DNA of 64,000 nt from Pseudogymnoascus verrucosus (taxonomy: Eukaryota). The stretch lies in NCBI GenBank assembly GCA_001662655.1, contig KV460248.1. The stretch is one strand, 5' to 3'. Shown here piece by piece: positions 48,924-60,771 of this stretch. The notes below the pieces were generated by a model. That model did not search any database, was not told the DNA's origin, and saw nothing but the letters and a program-made list of their open reading frames with translations. The translations under genes were made by a program, and so were the position numbers. Every line of letters begins with the position of its first letter. The first letter of the stretch is position 1.

Positions 48924-50150
48924 TCACCAAAACAACACCCAAACACAAACCACTACAACCAACGCCCCCAAACTCCCCTCCCTCCCCCCCTTCCCCCCCG
49001 CCGCCGCAATCCCCTCCACACCCCCTTTCTTCCCCTCCCTCGCAACCCTCCACACCTCCTCCGTAACCACCCCCCCGGCCACCACCCCCAGCTCCTCCCC
49101 AAACGTCCCCAAGATATCTGAGCTCGGCCCCTCCGGACAAAATGTGACTTCCCACCCCCCACCGCTCGGAATACTAAACGTCGATTTCCCGTCATCGTAG
49201 GCGAAGCTATACGCATCTGGACAGACTCGCTTGGCGTTGTGGGAGTAGAGACCAGGCGAACAGGTGGACGCTGTGGAGTGCGAGCCGGTGCAGCAGTCGC
49301 TGTCTGACCCGGTGGCGGCGCAGGGGGAGAGGCAGGGGGAGAAGGGGGGGCGGGGGATGTGGTCGTCTGGTAAGGGGAAGGCGCCACCGCCCGGCTTGGC
49401 CGGGGGTTGGAGGAGGAGGGGGAATGGACACCAGCGGGTGAGATCCTGGGTCTGGGTGCGCGGCGTGGGGTATGTTGCGTTTGCGTTCTCAGAAAGGGCG
49501 GAGGAAAAAGGCGGTGTGGCGATGCAGGAGGGGTTTGTGAGGTTTGGCGGGATTGGGAGGCGGGGGTCGGGGAGGTGGGTGAGGGAGAGGGGGAGGTTGT
49601 AGCCGTCTACGAGGGAGATATCGTAGAAGGAGTTGGTTTTGTTGGCGCCGGATTGGAGGGCGATTTCAAAGAGGGTTGCGGGGGGGTTGCCCTGGTGTGG
49701 TGTTAGGAATCTTGTGGTGCTTAGAGGGGGAGGGAGGTGTACGGTAACAAGGCAGTCTAACACGCCGTCGCAGTCGCCCGTGTCACACGCTTGCCTGCCG
49801 CCATCGCTGGCGGCTGTCCCATCGGCATTGAAGCTGCAATTCGTCCGCGCCCACACGCGTCCCTGCCAGTCTTGGGAGACAGAGAGCTCTCTTGACGACT
49901 TAGGCGCGAGCTCAAAGCCGTGGGTTGTAGGGCCACGGCCTTCTTGTGTGGCGAGAGCAGGCCAGATAGTGGCGGGACAGGAATTGGTAATTTTGATGGG
50001 AATACCAGCATCTGCGGTGGCATTATGCCCTCCAGCTTCGAGGCCTGTGGCAGCGGCGAGGAGTAATAGGAAGGAGGAGAGAGCGCGACGGGAAGCTGGG
50101 GTTGAGTGATTCTTCTGGGACGACGAAGTTGACTGCCCATGGGCGCTCAT
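48924..50150 (-). CDS. Thaumatin-like (PR-5) protein, probably GPI-anchored
   Basis: ITNSCPATIWPA, WQGRVWARTNC, CDTGDC, PATLFE, FYDISLVDGYNLP and CPDAYSFAYDD. Hydrophobic N-terminal stretch and hydrophobic C-terminus; intron 49692-49742. Confidence 0.92.
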   Translation of the reverse strand: MSAHGQSTSSSQKNHSTPASRRALSSFLLLLAAATGLEAGGHNATADAGIPIKITNSCPATIWPALATQEGRGPTTHGFELAPKSSRELSVSQDWQGRVWARTNCSFNADGTAASDGGRQACDTGDCDGVLDCLVTVHLPPPLSTTRFLTPHQGNPPATLFEIALQSGANKTNSFYDISLVDGYNLPLSLTHLPDPRLPIPPNLTNPSCIATPPFSSALSENANATYPTPRTQTQDLTRWCPFPLLLQPPAKPGGGAFPLPDDHIPRPPFSPCLSPCAATGSDSDCCTGSHSTASTCSPGLYSHNAKRVCPDAYSFAYDDGKSTFSIPSGGGWEVTFCPEGPSSDILGTFGEELGVVAGGVVTEEVWRVAREGKKGGVEGIAAAGGKGGREGSLGALVVVVCVWVLFW

Positions 50151-51467
50151 TGAGGCTGTATGCTTCTATGACGTCCTGGAAAGCTGTGGCCTTTCAATTG
50201 GTGACGTCCGTTCCAGGACAAATATTTTCGAGCTGTTGCGAAACAGCGAACGCGCGGATGACAGTGATAATATAAAGTAGGCGTTACACGCTTATAACAA
50301 ATCCATGAAAGCCACAGTATCTGCCAACACAAGCGACGACAATAACAGCAAACATAAAGTAAGTAAGGGAGTAGACAGACAAAATCTATCTATACAAGAT
50401 CGACGCCGTCGTGACTGCAGGCCACAATCCTGCTCCACGACCGACCGACATCGTCGCCTTCCATTGGCGCAACGCCCTTCGCGACGGGTAGCATGGCACA
50501 AGGTAGTCGATGGGATGGTGACGTATATGCAGGGTCGTGGGGTCAACGGGTCGAGGCTGGGAAACAAGAAGGGTGTGGATGTCTCAGGGATAAACTTGGT
50601 TTGGGTGGTGTTGGTGCTGTTTTTGGCTCATGCAGGGGCCTGGCGGGAAGGCAAGGACGGCAGTGCAGCGAGTGAGATGTGGCGGGAGAGATGAATTTGA
50701 GACATTGTTACGATTCTGTGATCTTTGGATGGAAAATTCTCTTCAGATGGTAGACATAGCCGAAGCATATTGGGGATATGTCATGTGCGGATATGAGCGG
50801 AGGTAAGGGATGAGGCCAATGATGAGAGGTTTAATCACTTGAAACTAGGAGTGTCGGATGTCTGAGAAGGGTACCACTTGGTCGATGCGAGGGGGGAAAC
50901 ATAAGCAAACTTAGCTATAACACAGCAAGGTAATCTCAAATATTAATTTATTCAGTAAAAACTCAATAAATTCAATAAACATTTACATTCAACGTCGCAT
51001 TGAAGGTATCTCAAATAACAAAGCAAGAGTCTGAAGAAAACGAGATCTTTCTATAAGTGAGTACCCGGTAGCCTTGCCAGCCTTGCCCCTCCGTTGACAC
51101 CTGATAAGAAACGCCAGCGATAAGGCTTACTTCAGTATGACGCACCAAATGCCGCTGTCAAATGCATCGAGTATAGTTTCTTGTTCTTGATATGTTTTGT
51201 GCAAATACCACCGAGTAGTGGCCGTTCGTTGCTGTACCATGTGTACAAAGTGCGTGTTCAAGTGCCACAGTTGAACCAAAGCTTATCCCTCTACCATCTA
51301 AGTCTGTTCCCATCCCTTGCTCCATCTGTGCGCCCCAAGGGGTGACGCGGCATGTTTGGTAGGTAGTACTCCGCAGCGAGCAGCCACAGACATGTCTAGT
51401 AAATTCCCACGACTTTTAATTACCCGGTCGTGCAGTAGACACAGCCCTTCAAAGCGAATGCGCCTTG

Positions 51468-52314
51468 TTACCTCTTCTTGCCATTGGTTGGTTCTTCGTC
51501 AAAATCGCTGTCAGAGTTGCTCCCTGTTGGTCCCTCGTCTTCCTCCTCCTCAGCATCGATAAAGTCGCCCTGGTTCTGGAGCACATATTCAGCCTTCTGT
51601 AATAAGTCTCGTAGTTCGGTGTTTGCAGGATTGACGAGATCGGCTGCCTTTAGCTTCGCTTTGTTGCGGATCCTGTAGTTCGAGATTTGGTCAGCTTGGG
51701 TCGCAATATAGTACCACCAGGTCCATGGGTATAACTGACTTGGGGTCGCTTCCAGCTTCCAGCATCATATCAATCAGACCAATTGAATACTCGTGGTTCT
51801 CCGCAGATTGTTCATTCGCCCAGCGCACGGCAGAGTGAAGTGGGGTGTCACCCTCCCTCTTGTTGATGGGGTCGCATTCGAATCCTTCTTGGTCGAGGAG
51901 CATATCGATGACCTCGTCTGAAGTAGAATTAGTAAATTGATAGCTTTATTTAATCTCCAATGGTAGCCTCTTGAAGATATAATAGGGTCGTGCTTACAAT
52001 GCCCGTTAGAAGCAGCCTCGTGGTATGCATAGTTGCCCAAGACGCTCCTCGATTCGTTCAGCAGTTTGGCGGCGGCTTCCGGCGATGAGCACTCCTCGAT
52101 AACTGAGCTTAGAAGCTCGGTGTTGTTCCTCCTGCACGCTTCGATGATAAGCTCCGACGGCTTCGCACCCTATAAATTGGTCAGCTTCAAGTTCAGAGTA
52201 GAAACAACTTGGTGAATGAAAATGTGGCCTATGAGCGCCAACGAAATCACAACCCCATGATCTCCTTACCTCATGCTCCTGATCCTGCTCCGGGCCATTT
52301 CTGAGATCAGCCAT
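51468..52314 (-). CDS. Small ankyrin-repeat protein (YCR051W-like) with acidic tail
   Basis: ELIIEACRRNNTELL...LGNYAYHEAASNG|...MLLDQEGFECDPIN...GDTPLHSAV...MLEAGSDP|RIRNK. Three introns. Confidence 0.85.
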
Positions 52315-52742
52315 CTGGGCGTTTAATCGGCCTCCAGTTATGGCGTCAGCTACTTTCGGATACCACCAGGACCCCGCAGATCCGTTTCGTCAGGAAGAAC
52401 GAGAGACGATCGCAGTCGAGGTGTAGAATATGTAACTGGTGTTGGTGTGTATAGGCTTGAAGTATTGCTGTATGCCTAATTATTTCTCAGGTATGGCAAA
52501 CAGAGGGGAGATAGAAGTGTTTATCGCAGGGGTACCCTTAATATGCTTCGCCCAACACATCCGCGTCTCACTCAGCCTCACAGACCCCAGCCGGCTCGGA
52601 TTAACCGTTCGGAAGCGGGGAATAATTTCTAGAGACTTTGGGTCACCATCCACTTCGAACTCGATCGCATTGAGATAGCAGATCAACCCTGTTCCGTTAT
52701 TTCGCTGTACTAGCTTCTGTTGGACACAGTACAGCTTGAGCA

Positions 52743-53223
52743 ATGCTGCTATGTATGTAACATCAAGTCTACTATTTGTAACGACTGCTAACGACCACAG
52801 TTTGCCCCAACTGCTGCAATGTTCTCACAGTCTCGCCAGTTCCGCCCTTAGCTGGCAACTCGGACGACGATCCATCTGCTGCCGCCGTAGGCCAAAACCG
52901 ACTCGAGTGCAGGACATGCCCATACCAGTACCTCCTCACGAAGCGATACTTTGAGCGCAAGACCTTCACCCGCGCCGAGCGCGAGGATGTGTTCGGTGGG
53001 CCAGGCGCGTGGGACGATGCACAGAAGGCCGAAGTACAGTGTCCTAGGGAAGGCTGCGATTCCAACGAAGCTGCTTTCTTCCAGGTCCAGATCAGAAGTG
53101 CGGACGAGCCTATGACGAGCTTTTACAAGGTATGTTAAGGACATGGCTATCTATATTGGGGTACGGATGCTAACGCGTTGGACACAGTGCATGACCTGCA
53201 ATAACAGATGGAGAGAGAATTAA
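52743..53223 (+). CDS. RPC11: RNA polymerase III subunit C11 (RPC10)
   Basis: MLL|FCPNCCNVL...CRTCPY...CPREGC...FFQVQIRSADEPMTSFYK|CMTCNNRWREN*, a TFIIS-like zinc ribbon. Not found by the ORF track. Confidence 0.95.
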
Positions 53224-54129
53224 AATATCGATATCAACATCGATACACGATACTTACACTTGGTACACGATAACTGAAGCGGCGTCAAGACGTCAAGGAT
53301 GGCAGAGATACCCTCAGAGCATAAGGAGTTGGGAAGCCGTTCTGAATTAGCAAGGCGTCGATTGGAATTAATTGAACACAACACCGGGATGGCATGGCTT
53401 GATATTCTGCCCAGAGTATTTGAGAGTTCATATCAACAGTCGGTGAGAGTTGGTGCCAATAAGTCGTAAATTTCTTGGGGGCATGGCGGTGACACCCCAA
53501 GAAAAAACCAAAGCCGAATAGCAAGCCACGTCATATCCGGCGCTCCCGTGACATAGGCAAATTCTCGGCAACCAAATCGACAACAAATTGCAATAGCAAC
53601 TACATGTCCAGTAGATAGATGAGAGTCATCATAAATGAATATAAACGTTAAATCTGATCATGCGAGCGTTATTTATTTTGCGCTCGGATTTCATGTACCA
53701 CATACATGCATGCGCGGGGCAGCACCCCGCCAATAGCCGCCCCAGACAATTCGCGGCAAACGAGTTTTAGCGCGTAGCTTAGAGAAAAGTTCGTCTCCAT
53801 ATAAATTCGGGCAATATTCCGAAAACCCTCCCCTTTTGCCCCCCCCAAAAATGTATTCAAACGCTCCTCTGCAAGCTTCCACTGAGCTTGTGCTTAACCT
53901 ACACCAACACCAGGTTGCAGTTGGGTGAAGCAAGTTATCCCTCTGGATAATCCGTGATACCCTTTTTCAACCTACAATTTCGATTGAAGTTAGTGCTCGA
54001 CACTTTTGAGTGCCGACATCGCTCACTCACCCCACTACACTCAATTTCGTTGCGCTCTTTCGCAACTTCTAGGAGCACACGACCTCGGATATCTTGCGTA
54101 CGGCACCTCAGGTCGTACTATTTTTGAAG

Positions 54130-54328
54130 GTATGTAGCCATCTGTTGTGCATTCTGCACATCAAAATATGTTTTGAGCGATTTCCGTCATGATGATTTTA
54201 TTTGAAAAAAAGATGTTAGACTTCTTAGCTATTCTGCTGATAAACCAAATATTCCTGAACCTCCATACCAACTCCTCTGTTCTGTTATACTTTGCAATGT
54301 TCAAGCAGTTTTGCTAACAGAGTGATAG
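54130..54328 (+). other. Probable intron in the ADE4 5'UTR
   Basis: GTATGT donor, GCTAAC branch point and ATAG acceptor 29 nt before the ATG. Confidence 0.6.
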
Positions 54329-54357
54329 ATTCCTCTTCGCACAATTGATCCGTCACC

Positions 54358-56201
54358 ATGTGTGGAATTTTGGGATTGATCCTTGGCGACATTGAAGATC
54401 CGTCTTCCACAACAGCGGCGGCCGACCTTCACGATGCCCTGTACTATCTCCAACATAGAGGACAAGATGCTTGCGGCATAGCAACCTGCGCATCCGGTGG
54501 ACGCATCTACCAGTGCAAGGGAAATGGCATGGCCGCCAAGGTCTTCCATGACGGCTCCCGCGTCCAAGATCTCCCGGGTTTCATGGGACTCGGACATCTG
54601 CGATACCCAACGGCTGGCAGCAGCGCCAGCGCGGAAGCACAGCCATTCTACGTCAACAGCCCTTACGGTATTACGCTCGCACACAACGGAAACCTCATCA
54701 ATGCCGAGGATCTCCGAAAGTTCTTGGATATCGAGGCTCACCGTCACATCAACACCGAGAGTGACAGCGAGTTGATGCTTAACATCTTCGCCAACGAGCT
54801 CAACGAGACTGGAAAGGCTCGTGTCAACGAGGAAGATATTTTCTCGGCGTTGACGAGGATGTACAAGAGGTGCGTCGGAGGATGGGCCTGCACTGCCATG
54901 TTGGCTGGCTTTGGAATCCTCGGGTTCCGTGATCCTTACGGCATTCGCCCGCTTGTCCTTGGGTCCAGGTCTTCTGGCACTCTAAAGGGAGCTACCGATT
55001 ACATGATGGCATCTGAGTCTGTCGCTCTTCGCCAGTTGGGATTCACCAACATCGTTGACATTCTTCCCGGCCAGGCCGTTATCCTGAGAAAGGGTTCTGA
55101 GCCAGTGTTCCGCCAGGTAGTACCGCAACTTGCTTACTCCCCCGACATCTTTGAGTTTGTCTACTTTGCTCGCCCAGATACTATTATCGATGGTATCAGC
55201 GTTCAAAGGAGTCGGGTCAACATGGGTTACAAGCTTGCCGATACCATCGTCAAGACACTCGGCGCGGAGGCTATCAAAGATATCGACGTCGTCATTCCAA
55301 TTCCGGAAACTTCGAATACCGCTGCGGCTGCTCTTGCTGAGAAGCTCAAGTTGCCGTATTCCCAAGGTTTCGTCAAGAACAGATACGTGTTCCGCACCTT
55401 CATCATGCCTGGCCAGGGCAACCGCCAGAAGAGCGTTCGGAGGAAACTCAGCGCTATGGAGTCCGAGTTCCGTGGACGCAACGTCCTGCTCGTTGATGAC
55501 AGTATAGTCCGCGGTACCACATCTCGGGAGATTGTCAGCATGGCAAGGGAAGCTGGTGCGCGCAAAGTCATCTTCGCAAGTTGTTCGCCTCCTATCACCC
55601 ATGCCCACATCTACGGTATCGACTTGGCTTCTCCATTGGAGCTTATCGCCCACAACCGCGACAGGCACGCCATCGCCAAGCACATCGGCGCCGAGGAGGT
55701 CATCTTCCAGACACTAGACGACCTGACGGCTTCGTGTGCAGAGTTATCTCCCCGCGATCCTGCTACTCAAGAATTTGAAGTCGGTGTGTTCTGTGGTAAA
55801 TACGCAACCCCGGTTACGGATGGCTACTTTGAGCATCTTGAGAAGCTTCGCGGTGAGAGCCGTAAGATGAAGGTGCTTGAGGCTGCGAAGGATAATGTCT
55901 TGAACGGCATCGCTGATGAGGAGGACATCAACGTGATCACCCAGGGGATCGCTGTGGCATCAAAGAGTGAAGTTATCCCGGATGCGCCTGATACCAGCAA
56001 TGGTGCCGTACATGATTATGAGGAGGCTGGCCATGCTCGCCGTAAGAAGGAGAGAGAAGATACTGCTGGTGGTACTGCCACACCTGTGAGGGATCGTGTT
56101 GATATCAGGTATGAATCTCGCACTTCCTTTTATAAATCCCAATCCTAACAACCTGCAGTCTACATAATTTCGCCAATGAGCCTAGATCTGGTTATGAATA
56201 A
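54358..56201 (+). CDS. ADE4: Amidophosphoribosyltransferase
   Basis: MCGI (Ntn Cys), [26 protein letters not shown] and [14 protein letters not shown] (PRPP site). A terminal intron (56109-56158) gives ...[16 protein letters not shown]. Confidence 0.97.
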
Positions 56202-56584
56202 ACGACGCAATTTTGGGTACGGAGCATATGGACTTGTTCTGTTTTGATGATAGATGGTGGAAAGAAGGAAGGCGTTTATGGTTGGACTCATATAGACTCG
56301 GTCTCGCTATTCGAGTGAAGATGCCGCTATAGCCATATCTTGTAGACGCCTCTATACAATTTGATATCCGTTTCGATATGAATTTCATCTAGTAACATGA
56401 GTGCTGTTGCCTGAGGTATTGATTGAATATTCACTTCACCCAAGGGTTGCCATGGTGTTGGCAACTTTTGGCGCTAAACTTTATCTGCGTAACAACCACC
56501 AATTCATCGTCCTACATCTATTCACAACTGTGAGTTGGTCCTCTCAACGACATACACACTCACGCACATTTCCAACCGCTCGTG

Positions 56585-57922
56585 ATGTCAACCAACGGCC
56601 CGAGGAAGCGAAAGGTCGATGCTGCCAATGGAGCAACTGTCAACGGCGAAGTCGTCAATGGAGGATGGGATGAGCTGCCCCACAACCTGGGCACTGTCGC
56701 TGCGGATGTCGAAGACCAGAAACCAAAAAGGCCTCGAGCCCGAAGAGTAATTAAGGAGGTTGTTGACACGTCCCAAGCTGTACAAGTCCAGGCGGACAAA
56801 CTCATTGAAGGAAATGAAATTCTTAAGACGGCCAAAAATCCAAAGAAGCATAAATATGGACTTACCCCTGGAGTAACTCCGTATCCAGATTTCCTAATGC
56901 CCACTCCTGAAGCATGCCTGGAAGTGAAAAATCTTCTTTCTGGGTTACACGGTGTCGTTGAACAGCCAAAGGCAGTCCCACCCCCTTCTCTCGAGGTGAC
57001 TGGCTGTGGAGAGGTTCCATCTGTCCTTGATGCACTCATTCGGACGCGCCTCAGTGCAGCAACAACTAGCACAAACTCAGCATATGCATTTGCGGGTCTA
57101 GTTTCCAAGTTTGGAATCCTCAAGGAGGGAATCGGAAAAGGCAGCGTAAACTGGAACAAGGTTCGCGAAGCCGACGTCAAGGAGGTAGAGGCTGCCATCA
57201 AGCGGGGTGGTCTAGGAAAGTCGAAGAGCATAGACATCAAAAAGATTCTCGACATGGTTCATGACGAAAATATGGCCCGTCGTGAAGCGTTCCTCAAAGA
57301 AAGGGAGAGCGGCGTAAAATCTGATGTTGTCGGTGGTGAAAGCTTTAAGCAGGGACAGAAAGACATGGAGATCGCGGTCGCAGACAAAGAAATTCTTTCA
57401 CTGCAGTATATGCACGGCCTGACCCCAGATGAGGCAATGGAAGAGTTCATCAAGTACCCTGGAATAGGAGTTAAGACAGCCTCCTGTGTCATACTTTTCT
57501 GTCTCCGACGTCCAAGCTTTGCAGTCGATACTCATATATTCCGGCTCTGCAGATGGCTGAAATGGATCCCCGAAAAGGCCACTAGAGACTCAGCTTTCAG
57601 TCACTGTGAGGTTCGCGTTCCCAATGAGTACAAATACAGCCTTCACCGGCTCTTTATTCGACACGGTAAAACTTGCGGCCGCTGCAGAGCCTCGACTTCG
57701 GAGACGAGCGAAGCTTGGAAGGAAACGGTTTGCCCTATTGACCACCTTGTTGAGAGGACTGGCTTGCGGAAGATTCTCAAACCTACGGGTAAGATGAAGA
57801 AGAAGAAGAACGCGAGCGAGGAGGACATTGATTCTGAGTTGAGCGAGCTTGACGGGGAGATATTTGGTGGTTATACATGGAATGGGACCGAGGTAACTCC
57901 AGAGGTGGAAGAAGAAAAGTAA
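56585..57922 (+). CDS. HhH-GPD superfamily DNA glycosylase
   Basis: VLDALIRTRLSAAT, AIKRGGL, YPGIGVKTASCVILF (HhH), FAVDTHIFRL (catalytic Asp) and HGKTCGRC...CP (Fe-S-like). Confidence 0.92.
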   Translation: MSTNGPRKRKVDAANGATVNGEVVNGGWDELPHNLGTVAADVEDQKPKRPRARRVIKEVVDTSQAVQVQADKLIEGNEILKTAKNPKKHKYGLTPGVTPYPDFLMPTPEACLEVKNLLSGLHGVVEQPKAVPPPSLEVTGCGEVPSVLDALIRTRLSAATTSTNSAYAFAGLVSKFGILKEGIGKGSVNWNKVREADVKEVEAAIKRGGLGKSKSIDIKKILDMVHDENMARREAFLKERESGVKSDVVGGESFKQGQKDMEIAVADKEILSLQYMHGLTPDEAMEEFIKYPGIGVKTASCVILFCLRRPSFAVDTHIFRLCRWLKWIPEKATRDSAFSHCEVRVPNEYKYSLHRLFIRHGKTCGRCRASTSETSEAWKETVCPIDHLVERTGLRKILKPTGKMKKKKNASEEDIDSELSELDGEIFGGYTWNGTEVTPEVEEEK

Positions 57923-58692
57923 TGGTTCAGATCATATTATACGTTATGGCTACTTTGGCTCAGCCTGGGCATATATACATGGAGTGTTGCTTTACGGATG
58001 ACGGAGTTGGCGGATACTGGCCTGGGCATATATATATAGCTCTTTGCTATCGGACGCTGATGGTGTTTGGAGTTTGGCTCAATGTTTCTCAACACCTTTG
58101 GCACGTTGTTGATACATTATTATAACTGCGTTGCATTATCGCCTCCTCGATCCATCGAGGGTATGGTTGTCTCTATTGAGTTAGCATAATATAGCTTTTT
58201 ATGCCAACACTGCAGTAATGTCTATTTGTGAGCTGTTTGTGATTTATTGATGCTGGTATCAAAATGATAATAGGATAACCAAAACAACCGAGGCAAAAAT
58301 ATACAATTATCATTGACTTCTAGTTACAGGAGAGTCTACCCAGGAATTATACTTCAAATATAACGCTAGCTCATGCGCCATACTCTAGATTCGCATCGCT
58401 CATCGTGATTTACTTAAGACCTCCATAATAAAAACGTGGTCTCGATTCATCCGGCTGGTTAATATCCCCAGCCTGAAGGCTACCCGGAGCGGAGAAAATA
58501 TTTACCCGCCCATCCCTTTTTATTTACCCAGAAGGCACATCGACCCTGACAGATGCACGAGGGATTCTCAGATTGGTCTGGAACAACTATAAAGTTCCAA
58601 TTACTGTTTACTCTCGTCGCTCCTCAACCCCGATATGTCAAAGCCATAGCGATCTCTTAATCGACATATCAGGAGACGCGCGCAACGCGAAT

Positions 58693-60620
58693 ATGGCTTC
58701 ACTCATGAGCAATGTGGGGGTTCAAAACCTTATTGACCGTATGATTGATGGGTCGCTGTGGGAGAATGAATTGTGAGTATTTTGGTTTCCGGGATCAAAC
58801 CAACCCTATAATCTGCAGATGCTAATACATTTGCTGTTTTTAGAGAAACAATGCTTCTTAAATTCGCGGCAACTGGACTATGCTTCACGATGCTATGCCT
58901 TTTCGGTGCTGTCAAATTCACGAAATGGTATACCTCCGAACCTGTTATTCCATACACAGTATCGCCTCCGCAGAAATCGACCAACCCACCCCCGAACTGG
59001 GGCGAGCCTTCGATTAAGCTTTCGGGCTCCTCAGCCATACACTGTTATGCCCCGGCGACGGGTGAGTTTCTGGGCCTCGTTAACCCCTCGACGGCCGCTG
59101 GCATCGATAGGTCTATTCAACAAGCCCAGGTTGCACAGGAGAAATGGGCGCGGACGACATTCTCTGAGCGCCGACAAGTGCTTCGCACGCTGCTGGCATT
59201 TATTCTGAAGAACCAAGAGGAGATCTTGCGAATTGCCTGCCTCGACTCGGGAAAGACTATGATCGACGCCACCCTTGGAGAGACACTGACTACGGTCGAG
59301 AAGCTCCGCTGGACTATCCTACATGGCGAGAAGGCCTTAAAACCGGAGAGACGTCCTACGAACCTGCTCATGATGTACAAGGAGAACAAAGTTTACTATG
59401 AGCCCCTTGGAGTCGTTGCCGCATTGGTGTCATGGAACTACCCCTTCCACAACCTGATGGGACCAATCATCTCTGCCATTTTCGCAGGTAACGGAATTGT
59501 CGTCAAGTCATCGGAGAGCACGGCATGGAGTGCCAATTACTTCACTGTCATTGCACGAGGCGCACTGTCTGTGTGCGGACATGACCCGAATTTGGTCCAG
59601 ACCGTCGTTTGCTGGCCACAAGTTGCCAACCACCTCACCTGCCACCCGGACATCGCGCACATTACCTTCATTGGAAGTCGCCCGGTCGCCCATCACGTCG
59701 CTGCTAGCGCGGCAAAGGCCCTGATTCCCGTGGTCGTTGAGCTTGGTGGCAAGGATGCTGCTATCGTTCTTGATTCCGCTGCCCCCGATATCCCACGGAT
59801 CATTGAAATCCTTATGCGCGGTGTTTTCCAATCGTCTGGACAGAACTGTGTTGGTATTGAGCGTATTATTGCCGGCAATGCTGTCTATGACAAACTGATT
59901 ACACTCTTGGAAACACGCATTCGCAAGATCCGCTTAGGCTCTGATCTTGACTCTGCACCTACTGAGAATGTCGATATGGGAGCGATGATTTCGCCAGCTT
60001 CATTCTCACGCCTTGAGGCTCTGGTTAAGTCCGCTGTTGCGGATGGTGCACGTCTCATTGTCGGTGGCAGCCGTTACAACCACCCAGTGTATAAACACGG
60101 CAGCTACTTCCAGCCAACCCTTCTCGTCGACGTGACCGCCTCTATGGAAATCGCAAAGGAAGAATGCTTCGGCCCGATCTGCGTCGTGATGCGCGCCGCA
60201 TCTGCAGCAGAAGCTGTTGAAATCGCTAACTCTCCCAACTTCGGCCTCGGTGCCTCCGTCTTCGGCGCCAACGGATACGAGATCAACGAAGTTGCGCGCG
60301 CAGTGAGGAGCGGAATGGTGGCCGTCAACGACTTTGGAGCATACTACGCTGTCCAGTTGCCATTTGGCGGAGTTGGAGGAAGCGGCTACGGCCGATTTGC
60401 AGGCGAGGAGGGCCTGAGGGGAATGTGTAACATTAAGGGAATATGTCGGGATCGCTGGAGCTGGATGGGAGTCAAGACGGCTATTCCGGCTCCCCTCAGA
60501 TACCCCATTCCCAGCACGAGGACGGGACGCAAGCTAGTAACGGCCATTGTGGACCTGGGGTATCAACCTGGGGCGTGGGCCAAGGTCAAGGCTCTGGGAA
60601 GGCTGATCCGCAATTCATAA
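58693..60620 (+). CDS. MSC7: Membrane-anchored aldehyde dehydrogenase (Msc7-like)
   Basis: N-terminal TM segment, VSWNYPFHN, TFIGS, VELGGKD, GQNCVG (catalytic Cys), EECFGP and LPFGGVGGSGYGR. One intron near 58773-58843. Confidence 0.88.
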
Positions 60621-60771
60621 TGCTTAAATAGATGTAAACTTATTCTGCTATCCAATTACATAATTATAATCATGTTGGAGTAAAGAGTGGTACACTTTGT
60701 TCGTTCGTTCGGTCAACCTATGTTACTATAAACAGCTATCTTCTATCCTATATACTTTGTCATGTCGTTCT

